Assembly: GCA_965113315.1 (NCBI GenBank)
Contig: OZ220368.1
DNA from: Podarcis vaucheri
Taxonomy: Eukaryota
Direction: 5' to 3' (one strand)
DNA length: 64,000 nucleotides
The notes beneath the pieces are model-generated. The model was not told the origin of the DNA and did not search any database. It saw only the letters and a list, made by a program, of their open reading frames with translations. Of this stretch, positions 38,157 to 51,614 are shown piece by piece (position 1 is the first letter of the stretch; every line of letters starts with the position of its first letter). Made by a program: the position numbers and the translations under genes.

Positions 38157-38563
38157 TACTGTTTTACCTCCTAGTCCTTGTGGTAAAGTCAGTGACAAAC
38201 TGTGTTTTTAAAGGAAACAGGCAAACAAATAGATAATCTCATGTTGGCGTTCTTTTGAGAACTCTTGGGTATGTGTCACCCATATCAGAAACTTGTGAAT
38301 TAGTTTGTCAGTCCTAATACTTCACTCCATGTGACTGCAATTGGACTTAGTTCTCCAGGTGCCTTCTCCAAAATAAGTTGTTCAGGAGTGAGCATCTGTT
38401 CAACATCTCCCACAGCGAAAAGTGATGCAACAAATTCATTAGGCTTCTTCACTGCCACCCTCTATTCCTTCAAGCATCTTTCTTGTCTCATGGCCCGATG
38501 GCCTCTGTCCCCAGTTTGACATACGTAAAGGCATTTTAATTAATTGCTTTTATTGAATGATTA

Positions 38564-38760
38564 CCGTATTTTTTGCCCTATAGGACGCACTTTTCCCCCT
38601 CCAAAAATGAAGGGGAAATGTGTGTGCGTCCTATGGGGCGAGTGCAGGCTTTCAATGAAGCCTGGAGAGCGAGAGGGGTCGGTGCGAGTTCCCGCCGGCT
38701 CCCAAGGCTTGCGGATAGCAGCCTGTTCTGCGGGCTGGGGTCGGAAATATTTTTTTTTTC
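38564..38760. mobile_element. Truncated pogo/Tc2-like MITE (CCGTA-type end)
   Basis: TA|CCGTATTTTTTGCCCTATAGGACGCAC with internal inverted gtgcgtcctatggggcg. Right end missing. Confidence 0.6.
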
Positions 38761-40389
38761 TTTCTCATTTATGCAAGATGCCCACCTTTTGAAGCAAGGC
38801 TTCTTGCCTTCTGTAGCTTCACTGACTCTGCCCATTAACCATGCTGGCATCCTCTGAAGACATGTCTGCACCTTCCCTGTATTTTCAGTTGGTTTTTGCA
38901 GCCAACTGCACAGGCCCCTGAAGCAAACTGTTTGGACCGTGTGGCTCATTGCTCCGCTCTCTCCAGGAGTCTTCCTGCCTAACACAAACCGAGCACGGCC
39001 TATTTTCATCTGGGGAAAGGGTTTGAAAAACCAGGAAATGAGTCACTTTTTACAAGGAACGAGGTTTGCCTAATAAGTATGGAAATTTGTAGCAACTTCC
39101 CAGTGTTCCTAAGGCCAAATTTTAGCAAAACTGGGCATAGGAAATGGAAACTGGGTAGCGGTGTTATGGAACTGCAACTATTTCTCCAATTATTATATCA
39201 TCAGCAGACCAGATCTAACTGGCTTGGGAAAGAGCAGCGAGAAAAAGCAATCAGGGTCCAGGACGCCAATGAAGTTAGTAGGAAGGAGCAGCAAAAACAG
39301 AGGATTAGGCCATATAGAGATGATAAGGACAGAGTTGGGTTTTCAGGGCTTGGCACAGGAGCCTCCAACATTTTTAGGCCTGTAGGCACATTTGGATTTT
39401 TGAGTGAGTGGCATGAGCTCCAACCCTGTGGTCTTCTTTTCTCCCTTGTGTGAATAAGGCAGAGGCAGAGGGAGAGAGAAATTGCATGCAAAGTTCGTTC
39501 TTCACACTTTTCCAAGGGGTGTGGACATAATAATTAATATGAGCCTTGAAAAACACAACAGAGGTGAAAGAGGAAGTGAGAAAGAATATCACTCTTCCAA
39601 CTTCCTCCTTCAGGTCTATGTACTTTTCACAGGGCTCTAAATATTATTTAGCATGACTCCAGACCACTGGGATATGTTTTCAACTGGGCTTTTGGCTTTC
39701 ACACACTGCCAGGTATTTCCACACAACCATTCAAAAGGCATTTCACCATCTAACAATGCCATGTTCTGCATGAGGTATGCAGTTTCCCTAACTGGCAACA
39801 CTGGCTGAGATCCATGCATACATGTGTGTGTTTGTGAAGAACAGGGGGGAAAAACCCTGGTCTCTCTGGGAACACAGATGCAAACGGCACTTTGCACAGA
39901 CTTGTAGAGCATCCCATGAGACAAAACAGAAAACCAGGAAGAAACCTGCAGTGTCCTGTTTTCCCCTCCCAATGGTGCACCCTCAGAGGATGTTTCTTTC
40001 CAAAAGGTATCTGCAGAATGTAATCCTAAATCAGCATCAGTATGATTTCACCCCCCCTTTGCTGCCTGCATTGCTGGAAGCTATCCGGGGTGGGGGTAAG
40101 CTTGAATGCTAGAGCTTCTCAGCTAAGCACAAACACCTGTGTTGAATTCCAAAGATTATGCTGGATAGTTAGCAGAGAGGAGAGAAAAGCAGAGGGATAA
40201 AAGGATTAAAGGAAGATTCACAAAATATACATGAGTTGCAGGGTGGGAGAGATACAAACTACATGGCAGCAAAAAGCTCGGTCAGGAACATTTGTGAGTC
40301 AAGCTGAGCCCAACTTGGTGCCTTCCAGATATTCTGGAGACCACTGATCTAGAGGGCACCAAATTTGGAGAAAACTGCTCTAGGCAAAC

Positions 40390-40607
40390 TTATTTATTTG
40401 TTGCATTTATATCCCACCTTTCCTCCCAGGATCTCAAGGTGAGTCACATAGTTCCCCATGCCATCCTCACAACAAAGCTAGGTTAGGCTGAGAGTGAGCG
40501 GTTGGCCCATGGTCGCCCAGTGATTTTCACGACCGAGCGGGAATTTGAACCCTGGTCTCCCATTTCCTAGCCCGGGAACTCTGACCCACTACACCACACT
40601 GGCTCTC
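40390..40607 (-). mobile_element. tRNA-derived SINE (Squam3-like, older)
   Basis: Reverse complement begins GAGAGCCAGTGTGGTGTAGTGG, has B box GGTTCAAATTCC and a (TAAA)n tail. Confidence 0.8.
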
Positions 40608-40839
40608 TTGGGAAAGCGCCCTTCAGTTGTCCATCAATAAACAGCAGCTTCCACCAGCCCTAACCGAGAGCACTAGGTTGGTGAAGGGCAAGAGCGGGTG
40701 CCAATTTCACAACTGGAATAAACCATGTAAATTAGTCACATTGGCATCTACCTTCCACGCTGAGCATTGGAACTATGTGGAGACAACATTAGGAAGTTGC
40801 TCAGTGAATGGTTAATCAGCATAGAATTTTGCAACAGAT

Positions 40840-40883
<44 letters not shown>
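40840..40883. repeat. (GATA)n microsatellite
   Basis: Read directly from the sequence. Confidence 0.95.
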
Positions 40884-40884
<1 letters not shown>

Positions 40885-42018
40885 CAACAACAGAGACGAG
40901 CTTGGTCTCAGATTTCAGCAGTGCCCTCCTGTGTGAAGCCAAAATTCAGTCTCCCCCCCCCCTTCTGTTAGGTTCAATTCACTAGGTCATAGTTGCATTG
41001 CCCTGTGATGTCCCCTAGGCTCAGCACACAGTGCGGCAGCAGAACTGGTGGCGCTGCTCTGATAACAACAAAACCTTGAACTCTCGGAGACATTGGTTTT
41101 CAAGCTTTTCACGCCCAGGGAACCTTTACTACACCAATTCTAACTCTTCTATATCCACCACGGACTCCGCTCAATGCTCACCACAGAACTCTAGCACTGC
41201 AAACTGCAGAGGCTCCTGGGCTGAGGAGTTCAGTGGGTTGTGTTGGGTGGGGTTGTTGCTGTTGGCTTTTGTTTTTGTTTTGTATCTTAATTTTAGACCT
41301 TGTTTTGACTTACGTGGAAATTGTTTGGTCTGTTTGTGCCTTTTAAAAATGTTTTATTTCTTGTTTATTGCTACTTTCGTTATGTTGTAGCTATGTGGTC
41401 TTTTTCCATGTTGCAAGCTGCCCTGAGCATGGTCTGAACTGTGGAAAGGTGGCATACAAATAAAATTATGTATGTTCTAAGGTGCAGGGTTTTTCTGGGG
41501 GGCAGGCTAAGGCCTCTGTTATTCCACTTATACAGAGAACTTTGCTTAGAACACAGCTAACAGTCACTTGCAACTTCACATTTCAGCGGTTAAATAGGTG
41601 ATTGCATGCTAGCTGTCTTTCAGGAACATTGGTCCACTACTGCCAGTTTTGCCATCAAGAACTCCCTGATGGGCTTCTGCAGAATTTCAGGATGTCCTCA
41701 AACACGGTTCAAAATTTTTTTATCAGAGCAATGAAACCTTGTGCTGTTTCCAAAGATCTCACAGCCTCCACCCACCATAAGAGAGGGCTTAGGCTGAAGA
41801 AGTTTCTGTGTTATAACTACCTCTCAAGCAAGCCGGACGAAAAACATTATTGGTCAACCATTTGCTGTTGCATTAGTCATGGGCAGCAAAGCTAAAACTA
41901 AAAGCCAGGACTTGCTGTGGCCTTATTTTAGATGCATGGTCTTAATCCTAGTGATGATAGGGAAGAAAGTGTCCTTGACTGTGTCGGGGGGGGGGGAGTG
42001 CGTGTGAAGTTCTGAGAT

Positions 42019-42369
42019 GGTAAAGGTAAAGGGACCCCTGACCATTAGGTCCAGTCGCGGACGATTCTGGGGTTGTGGCGCTCATTTCGCTTTATTGGCT
42101 GAGGGAGCCGACGTACAGCTTCCAGGTCATGTGGCCAGCATGACTAACGTGCTTCTGGCAAACCAGAGCAGTGCACGGAAACGCCGTTTACCTTCCCGCC
42201 CGAGTGATACCTATTTATCTACTTGCACTCTGACGTGCTTTCGAGCTGCTAGCTTGGCAGGAACAGGGACTGAGCAATGGGAGCTCACCCTGTTGTGGGG
42301 ATTCGAACCGCCGACCTTCTGATCGGCAAGTCCTAGGCTCTGTGGTTTAACCCACAGCGCCACCCGCGT
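42019..42369 (-). mobile_element. Sauria SINE, subfamily 1, near full-length
   Basis: High similarity to the copies at 20025 and 49392. Confidence 0.9.
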
Positions 42370-42668
42370 ACAAGGGACCATTACCACCAAGAACGCTGGT
42401 GCAGGTGGGCAGGCAAGGTTTGTTTGGGTTGTTTTTTCAGCTGGTTGTTGTCATTTTTCATGTTTTCAATGCTCTCTCCCCCCCCCATGCTTCCTGCAAA
42501 TAGAAAACAAGGAAGTGAACTAGAACCTTTTCCCCTAACTTTGCTATCTTTCTGTTTTCAGTGAGACACACACAAACACATCCCCAGCTACAATCTGTTT
42601 TTTCCAGGGCTTGGAATTAAAGAATTCAGAAATCTACAGTGAGTGCCCTCATAGTCCAAATTGCCTTG

Positions 42669-42910
42669 CAGTGGTACCTCAGATTACATATGCTTCAGGT
42701 TACATACGCTTCAGGTTACAGACTCCGCTAACCCAGAAATAGTGCTTCAGGTTAAGAACTTTGCTTCAGGATGAGAACAGAAATCGGGCTCTGGTGGCGC
42801 GGCAGCAGCGGGAGGCCCCATTAGCTAAAGTGAGGCTTCAGGTTAAGAACAGTTTCAGGTTAAGAACGGACATCTGGAACGGATTAAGTACTTAACCTGA
42901 GGTACCACTG
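42669..42910. mobile_element. Tc1/mariner-type MITE, family A
   Basis: TG|CAGTGGTACCTC...GAGGTACCACTG|TA (left TSD mutated). Confidence 0.9.
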
Positions 42911-43326
42911 TATTTTCTTTTTTAGAATGTTGCTTAGCACCACCCGCACCCCCAAAAAATCAACACCTCTGATATCCTTAGAGCTGCACTTGTAGCGTGA
43001 CTCACAAAAGAGGACGTGAACACTGGCGAGAACTGTCCCAAATTCTATTTCAATCTCAGTTTTCCACTTGTGTGGCACCGGATCTCGCTCCCTTCTCTGC
43101 TGCAACCCCAGGTGTTTCTCTCCTCCCCCCCCTTTTCTCTTTTTTCTTTGGTGGTGGTGGAACATCAAACAAGCTCTTAAGAGCTTCTGCTAGCAGCGCG
43201 GATCATGCGATCCCATCACATGTGCAAAAAGGCAAAAGATGAAGTTTAAAAATGTAATGAGCAGCTTTCTTTATTACATAAACCGAAAGAGGCAGCAGAA
43301 ATGTAAAGGCCCTTAAAGGACCAGTA

Positions 43327-43502
43327 CAGTGGAGGCACGTTCACAACCCGCAGCACCGCGTCTGCGCATGCACGGATCACGATTCGGTGCTTCTGCGCAT
43401 GCGCCGAAACCCAGAAGTAACCTGTTCCGCTACTTCCGGGTTCGACACAGTGTGCAACCGAAATCACGTAACCTGAAGTGCCTGTAACCCAAGATACCAC
43501 TG
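43327..43502. mobile_element. Tc1/mariner-type MITE (related family)
   Basis: TA|CAGTGG...GATACCACTG|TA, with internal tgcgcatgc and ccggaagta-like motifs. Confidence 0.75.
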
Positions 43503-44582
43503 TACTGGGAATTAGGAGAAGCAACGAGCCTCAAAATATATTTAAAAGTTAGCTCCGTGCAATTAGGAACCCATAATTGCTTGGCCTCTTCTCCTGTTCT
43601 GTCCTATGAACCTTCTCTTCCTTTTCCAAGGCCCTGCTTCATTTTCACTACCTGCCCCACAGTTGACTTGAGGTCAAGTCCCTTAGGTCACAACTCTTGG
43701 AAGTCCTTATTTAATGGTAGCACAGCTACATCAATAGGGTGACTTCAAAGTATAGGGTGCTTTGAGGATTATGATGTTCACAGACGGTTCTGCGCTTCTG
43801 AAATGTTAAACAGCAGTAGGAAACAGAAAGACACACACACTGCAGGTAAGTGTAACTCCTAAGAGCATTCGAAGATTGAATGAAACAAAGTCTATGGAGG
43901 CCAGTCTCTTTTGTAATGGTATTCTTCCATGGAAGAATATCTGCGGCAGAGTCAACCGTCGCAACATCAGAAATCAAATCTATGTGGCTTTTTGTAGGAA
44001 TGAACGACAGGAAGGGATCCTGTCTCCTAACCTCTGGATCTTGCAGTCAACATCTACTGTATGTCAACTTTAGCCTGCCACATATTTCACCTTTATCCTC
44101 AGCTTCAATGCTAAGTAGCACAAAGCAGTATCAAAATGGGTCAGATCCAAGGGCGCCCTTTTGCAAGCAGGCGAGAAGTCCTGTATTGGCGAAAGAGCTG
44201 TTTTCACATCTCTCACTACGACGTTGCCCAAGAAAAGTAAAATTAAATCCACTGACGTTACTCTGCTCTGTCGAGAACAGAGCTTGTGGTGCAACCAGAC
44301 AATGAGAACTATTATGGACACCTTCCATGTGCAGGTGTTTGTGGAACAGCATTGGCGGCGATTTTCCTTCCGCTCGCAGTTCTTTCAGTCCAACCCAAAA
44401 TATTTTAAGGTGTCTAGAGGAGTAACCTGCTTTGGGGAATCACACACATAAACACACACAGCCAGACCTTTTCAGCACTGTTAGAAACTCAGGTATATAA
44501 TCAAATCATCAAATGGCACCTTAAACGCAGCAACCACAATGGAATGTCTAGGTGCTATCCTTCCTGCAAGTGGAATTAATTA

Positions 44583-44583
44583 A

Positions 44584-44633
<50 letters not shown>
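44583..44633. repeat. (ATT)n microsatellite
   Basis: Read directly from the sequence. Confidence 0.9.
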
Positions 44634-44634
<1 letters not shown>

Positions 44635-45498
44635 ATACCACTTTATATTTTAAAGAACAAATCTCAAAATGATTTCCAACACATTAAAACATTAAATAAA
44701 ACAATCCAGAATAAAACAAATTGAAGCTTCAAGGAAAATATTTCAAATCCTTTCCCAGGTGACATTTTGCTTTCCTGCAAAATGGTTGTGCAAAGTGCCT
44801 GGCACTGGGCTAATTTCTAGCGCTGCTTTTCATGCACCCAGCCATCAAGGTCAGCAGCAGTGGTGCAGGTCAGGAGGTCATCTTACAAATTTAACAAAAT
44901 AAAAATAGATACCCTTGAGGAAAGTCCAAAAATGCAGACAACTCTGTTGATCCATCATAAGCACAACTCATTCATCCACCAAGGAGCAGCAGTGCATAGC
45001 ATAACAATCAATTTTATTTGGATCAAATGACTGCAAAAAGGTTCAGCGTTCTGTTTGCAAGGTCTGTGGCTCACCACCTTTCGCATTTCCATAATGTTTA
45101 CACACTGACACACACGTACATACATCTGGCTGGAACTCTCCACAACAGTGATAAATTTTACTATGACAAAAGGTCAGGCTATGGTATTCGGTTTTGCAAA
45201 GACTTCCATTATAAAAACAGGAGTGCTTCGGTTAGGGGCTGGGTGGGGAAGAATGTTCAGTCATTTATAAATGACAATGGCTGGGTTTTTTCCCCAGCCC
45301 TCCCTTCATGCAAAATTTTCATTGAAGAGAAAGGAAATGCGAAGCCGAAACCAAAGAGAGATTTCAGAAGGCAGAAGCCCAAGGCAAAGATGCCAAGACA
45401 TGAAGCATTAAGACTGACCTAAAATTCAGGGATTGGTAGAGCTGGGTCAAGGAGAACCTTCAAAAGTTCCTTATACGTAGCCCAGCCCTCTATAACAT

Positions 45499-45883
45499 GG
45501 AGACACAGGTGGTGCTGTGGTCTAAACCCCTGAGCTGCTTGGGCTTGCCGATCAGAAGGTCGGCGGTTCGAATCCCTGCAACGGTGGTGTGAGCTCCCGT
45601 TGCTCTGTCCCAGCTCTTGCCAACCTAGCAGTTCGAAAGCACACCAGTGCAAGTAGATAAATAGGTACCACTGCGGCGGGAAGGTAAACGGCGTTTCCAT
45701 GCGCTCTGGTTTCCGTCATGGTGTTCCGTTGCACCAGAAGTGGTGTAGTCATGCTGGCCACATGACCTGGAAAGCTTTCTGTGGACAAACGCCAGCTCCC
45801 TCGGCCTGAAAGCAAGATGAGTGCCACAACCCCAATGCCACCTTTGACTGGACTTAACTGTCCAGTGGTCCTTTACCTTTACC
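45499..45883 (+). mobile_element. Sauria SINE, subfamily 2, full-length
   Basis: Head ggagacacaggtggtgctgtgg, B box GGTTCGAATCC, tail CCTTTACCTTTACC. Confidence 0.9.
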
Positions 45884-46034
45884 ACACACACAAAACCATG
45901 CACAATTCCATCCACCAGCCATGTATGGTAGCCCACCACAGGCTCAGACACTTCTTCCTGCCTGCCTGGGACATCAGAAAGAGCTAGAACCATAGAATTG
46001 TAGAATTGGAAGGGGCAGTGAGGATCATCTAGCC

Positions 46035-46391
46035 CAGGGGTCGGCAATGTTTTTGTGGCATGGGCCAGTTCACGGCCCTGCAGGCGCTGTAGTGGGCCGG
46101 AGTGTGTGTGCACAGGCAAGCATGCGCAAACACTATTTCTGGCGCTCCTTCCGGTGCAGAGGAGGCCTGCACAAATTCCCATTGGCTGCAGGAGCTTCCT
46201 GCAGCCAATAGGAAGCTGGACAGCATTGCTGATGGCGGTCCACTCTCTGCTTCGCGCCAGTTTAGCATGGTGCACAGGAGCCGAACAAGTGGGTGGTGGG
46301 GGTCCCTGAGTGGGCAGCAGGGGTCCATGGGCCGGTTAAACGACCCCCATGGGCCTCTTCTGGCCCAAGGGCCTTAGGTTGGTGACCCCTG
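46035..46391. mobile_element. hAT (Charlie-like) MITE nested in a CR1 3' fragment
   Basis: TIRs CAGGGGTCGGCAA / TTGGTGACCCCTG. Perfect 8-bp TSD ATCTAGCC at 46027-46034 and 46392-46399. Confidence 0.9.
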
Positions 46392-47014
46392 ATCTAGCCC
46401 AACCCCCTGCAATGAAGGAATTTTTCACCCAAGCTGGACTGCCAATCTTTGGGCTGGAGGTTTGCGGTCAGTTTAGTACAGATCCTGCTCTCAGATGTGG
46501 CTCCTTTTCAACTAAAGGCAGAACAAGACACAGAAAGTCTGCACTCAAGAAGAGCAAGTCTCCTAGTTACATTTCCTGCAAATATGCCCTACCTGGAAGG
46601 CATTGTAGGGGTCAGGGAAGAAGCATCAAGTGACAGTCTTCAGTTTATAGGTGCAAGGAGACTTGCTTGGCTGCCTCCCTGAAGTTCGCTCCTATGTCCA
46701 AAGCCAGGTGTTGGCAGGGTTTTTAAAATAAAAATAAAAAATGGAAACTTTCGAACAGGCTGCTACAGGACATCTGTACATTTTCTTCACATGCGCTTTC
46801 ATATCCCAAGGCATTCAGAAGCCTATAAGAGTGGGAGAAAAATTTCCGAACTGGGCATTTGACATCCCTGATGTCTTGAAGAGAGTGTTACATTTCCTTG
46901 AGAAATACTGGTGAATACTCTGCAGAGTGAAGCAATGGAGGTCTGTTCTTGGCCAGGGGGCATGTGGGTTCTAACGGAGCCTGGAGCACTTAATTCACAT
47001 TACACAGGATAGTA

Positions 47015-47256
47015 CAGTCGTACCTCGGAAGTCAAATAGAATCCGTTCCAGAAGTCCATTAGACTTCTGAAATGTTCTACTCCCAAAGCGCAGCTTTGGA
47101 TTGGCTGCAGGAAGTTCCTGCGGCCAATCGGAAGCCCTGTCAGATGTTTGGCTTCCAAAAGAACATTTGAAAACTGGAAAACTCACTTCCAGTTTTCGAT
47201 CATTCAGGAGCTAGAACGTTCGACTCCCAAGGTGTTTGGGAGCCGAGGTATGACTG
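47015..47256. mobile_element. Tc1/mariner-type MITE (related family)
   Basis: TA|CAGTCGTACCTCGG...CCGAGGTATGACTG|TA. Confidence 0.85.
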
Positions 47257-48646
47257 TACAAGTTTCGCATGACATGTATTTTTTAACTGCCCCAAGAGTT
47301 CTTTTTGTATCTGGTTGCCCATTTTGAAAAAACAAACCCTGGGTTGGTGGAGCATATGCCAAATCCCCTTTTGGACGTCGCTCAAGTCACCAGTTCGAGA
47401 CCCAGTATGTTTGTGCCATCGAGAACTGTTCCAAGTAACTCTATCACCTAATAGTTCTTCACGCACACAGGGAATATCCCAAGCAGGATCAGAATATTAG
47501 GGTGAGGTCAGCTAAGTAGAGGAAACACAGATGTAATTTGCCGACATGTTGCAGTAGAGTAATTTCTTAAAATAAATAAGGAATAACAGCCCCGGCAGAA
47601 GCTCTTCAACAGTGCATGGAATCCGTAAGCGAGGCATCAGAATCCATTCTCCAAAGTCAAGGCCTTTTTTATTTTTTTGCTTTCAATTAAATAGTAATAA
47701 AATAAAATGCCATAAGAGGCTGGTGCTATGCTTGCATGGTTTGCAGAATGCAGTCTTCTTCCCCAGCCCCCAAGCCGCCCGAAACTTATGAGACCACAAA
47801 GCGTGCTTCACTCTTCTCTCTCTTTTTAGTTTAGCTATAGGATACTTCTGCTAACTGCCATTTAGGAATTTCATTTCCTGCTTGATCAAGTCCTACTGAA
47901 AGAGGCAATTACTAAATTTGTTTCTAGTTATAGAAATAGATGTTTGTTGTTGCCCAACCACATCTGTCTCGCCGGCAAGCTGTCTGCTCTGGGCTCCCCA
48001 AATAATAAAGAGAGAGAGAAAGGAAAGCAAACGCCATTCCATGGAGAGCTTGCTACTGCTGCAGAACATCAGAGCTATCACTTGGGTAGAATTCCCACTT
48101 CTTTTCTTTCTTTCTTTTTAACACCTTGTCCCAAGTTTATACGCTTTTATATACATTTTTAAACTGCACTTCTGAAAGCACTTCTCTTTGATGGCTGACG
48201 CAGTAACTTTATATTTCATTGCCAAAAAGCCCTGCAGAAACCAAGCCACATTTTTGCACTGATCAGCCCCCTTGTCTCCAACAGGGTGGCTTTTACAAGG
48301 TGGGCATTAGGGGTTTGCTTCCATGGGCACCTGTCAAGGCCCATGCCTCAGAAAGGGCCTCACTGCCAATCCCTGGAGCCTTCTGGGCCGGCTCATGTTT
48401 CTTGGTCTCACTGTTTCTGCCTCTTCGCCTTCGAAGAAGCAGCAGGAGGACCAAGGAAAAGCATCAGCAACTTGCTCCTCGCTTGGCCTCGCCCTCTGGA
48501 AGTGTTGTGGATCGGGGCCAGAGAGAAAGGCAAGGAACATCACAGTTGTGGTGAGGAATATGAGCAGAGAATAAAGTAGTTATGGGGAGAAAGAAACTGG
48601 CAATACTTTACTGATAACAAATTGAACAAGGGCAAGAATTTAAGAT

Positions 48647-48707
48647 ACCTGCACTGAAGGGGGTTGGACTAGGTGACCCTTTCCCAACAGTTATATGATT
48701 CTATGAG
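48647..48707 (+). mobile_element. CR1 LINE 3'-terminal fragment
   Basis: cctgcactgaagggggttggactaggtgaccc...atgattctatga. Confidence 0.65.
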
Positions 48708-49391
48708 TCTAAGGCCCAGTTGAGAACAGGGAGACATATTTGACTACACATCCCAAGTTTAACCACCTTCAGAACAACTTTTCTCTCTTGCTCCATCGAC
48801 TGTCAAGTCTCAACTGTCTTCCTCGTTGACATGCAGACCAAAAAACAGAATTAACCCTGAATGATCTCTGCTGTTGTATATCCAATAAGGATGCACTGAG
48901 CCAGGATAGCCCATGGGAGGAAACTTGCCTCCTGCAATCTGGTACTAGCTTGCCATCACACCCCACCAAAAACCACCTGCTGGCAGCACACCTTACAAGG
49001 TGGATAAAAGGTGAGGGAGAAGACCCATGAATGTCCCTCTGAGCATATCCTATGAAGTTGGGGGGGGGGAATAATTCAAGGTTTAGCTCTGGGAACCTTC
49101 AGGCCTGCATTTTCTTGGTCTTTCTGGCGTGGCACACAGATCACATAATGGCTGCAGATCAAAGACCAAGTTCCCACTGAAGTGGGGAACATGGTGCTAG
49201 TAGAATTCAATGTTCCTCCATACGAAAACCTCCTTCCATAAAGAAATCTAGGTATCAAGAGCAAGTGTTCTGCCTAGGCCCCATCTGCACTATGCATTTA
49301 AAGCAGTATCATACCTCTTTGAAACAGTAATGGCTCCCGCACTGCAAAGAATCCTGGGAAATGTAGTTTGTTAAAGGGTTCTGAGAGCTGT

Positions 49392-49724
49392 TAAAGGTAA
49401 AGGGACCCCTGACCATTAGGTCCACTTGTGGCCGACTCTGGGATTGTGGTGCTCATCTCGCTTTATTGGCCAAGGGAGCTGGCATACATCTTCCGGGTCA
49501 TGTGGCTATAATGACTAAGCCGCTTCTGGCGAACCAGAGCAGCGCACGAAAACGCAGTTTACCTTCCCACCGGAGCGGTACCTATTTATCTACTTGCACT
49601 TTGACGTGCTTTCAAACTGCTAGGTTGGCAGGAGTAGGGACCAAGCAACGGGAGCTCACCCCGTTGCAGGGATTTGAACCGCCAACCTTCCGATCAGCAA
49701 GTCCTAGGCTCTGCGGTTTAACCC
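49392..49724 (-). mobile_element. Sauria SINE, subfamily 1, inserted in an older repeat (~49278-49760)
   Basis: Matches the copy at 42019. The flanks (aaagaatcctgggaaatgtagtttgtt... / ...cctcacacagatctaca) look like two halves of one older lizard repeat. Confidence 0.85.
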
Positions 49725-49949
49725 TTATTCCTCACACAGATCTACAGATCACAGAGTTAGAATCACAGTACAGTAAGCAATCTTGCTCGGTATTGATCTA
49801 CTACACTGACCAGAAGCAACTTTCCAGGATTTTGGACAGGGAATATTCCCAGGCCTACCTGGACACACCAGGATTTGAACCTGGGACCGGCTGCATGCAA
49901 GGCAGATGAGCCACAGCCTTTTCCCAAACAGCAGCCATTTTGATGTGGA

Positions 49950-49959
49950 GTGTGTGAGT

Positions 49960-50000
<41 letters not shown>
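49950..50000. repeat. (GT)n microsatellite
   Basis: Read directly from the sequence. Confidence 0.9.
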
Positions 50001-50001
<1 letters not shown>

Positions 50002-51614
50002 AAGGGTAGCAGGGACCTTATCCAGCATCAAAATGAAAGAAACGTAATTTTCCACAGCCAAATTGCGAACATGATAAGGAATCTGCCTTATTCCAGGCCA
50101 CGATATTTGTCCATCTGGGCCAATACTGTCTACTCTGACTGGCAGCGAATCTGCAGGGTTTCGGGCAGAAGTACTTCATTTCACTTGCTACCTGATTTCC
50201 TTTCTTTCTTTTTATACTGGAGGTGCCAGGGATCAAATAATCAGAACTGGGAGAGGGTGCTTAATGCCTTCACTGCCTCCCAAGTCTCTCTGAAGAAGTT
50301 AAAGTGAAATTAAACCACCTTGGGTGCTTTCTGGCTGCAACAGAAAGGCAAGAAGACAAATGTTGTTGCTTTTTAAAAAAGAGTTCTGTAAGGTAAAGCG
50401 TCGTCCCACCCTCAACCCCAAATATTTCTCTTTGAAGCAGAAATATTATACCAAAATTCAGTTGTCAATATTTGTGTTGCACTGAATGCCTGTTAAGGCA
50501 TAAACGGGGCACTTCTTTTACACGCACGCCCATGAATTTGGCTTTCTTGTTGCTCCTATTTCCATGGCCTCGGAGTCCTCTTTCACCATAAACCAGAAGG
50601 CGGATGGATGGGTTGGGGTGAGGGGGCGGAGGCAAATATTTATGGCTTTTCAGCAAGGTCAACACCAACAATAGCTCTCCCTCCCCAGTCGCCCACAAGG
50701 AAGGAAAGAAAAGAAAGCCCCTCTTTTATGACAGACTAAGAAAGCTAGACCCATCCCCTCTCTTCACCCCATCAGCCTTCACAAATGTAACCTTAGCTTT
50801 GCTGCTAACAAGCTTCCAGGATATCTTAATATTCTCTCTCTCTCTCTTTTAAGATGACTATGGTATGAATTAACTCCCCCTTCTCCTTTCCCTTCTAAAC
50901 CTCTTAATTTCATGCATTCAGTCGTGGCAGAGGAAAAGCACAACATTCATGACCTGTGCAATTTTGTCCTGAACAGGGATGGCATAAGGGTGATACCCCC
51001 CTTTTTTTTGGAGGTGGAGAATTGGGCATAGCACAGCCTGTCCCCCCTCCCCCCTCTTAAACAATAAAGTAGCAGCTATGGCAACAGAGCTAATTAATGC
51101 AGCTCATTTGCATAACTAAAACCCTCCCAAGCCCATTCACAGTTCCTTGTTGTCTCCATTCTTAAAACCTGGTCAGAGGAGTTGTATTCTTCTTACCAGC
51201 CACACAAAAATGAAAGCAAAGGAGGAGAGAGAGGGGGGGTTTACAAAGAAGTGGCTATGTTTGAATATAAACACAGCTTTAGAAATGTGATCTGCTTAAG
51301 TAACTCCAAATGAGAGCCCTTTTTCCAAGCTCTATATCCCCTCCAAAAAGCTTGGGGGTGGGGGAGAAAAAAGACCCTCATGACACCAGGAAAACACAGC
51401 GAGGGGGGGGGCACCCAAAATACAACTGAAACAGTCAATTGGTGCACAGTACTAATAATACGATTGCTCGGGAGGGAATACAGGGATAAAATCCATTCTT
51501 GAAAGAACAACCAAGGAGTGGGTTAAAAGAGAATGGGTGAAAAGGGTTCGGACTATATCATATAACCAGAAGGAGGGGATACGTCTTTTCACTGCAAACA
51601 CGTATCTGGATGAT

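Noticed and set aside
45625-46275. 216-aa minus-strand ORF
   Set aside because: Runs through a SINE, a CR1 tail and a hAT MITE; chance open frame.
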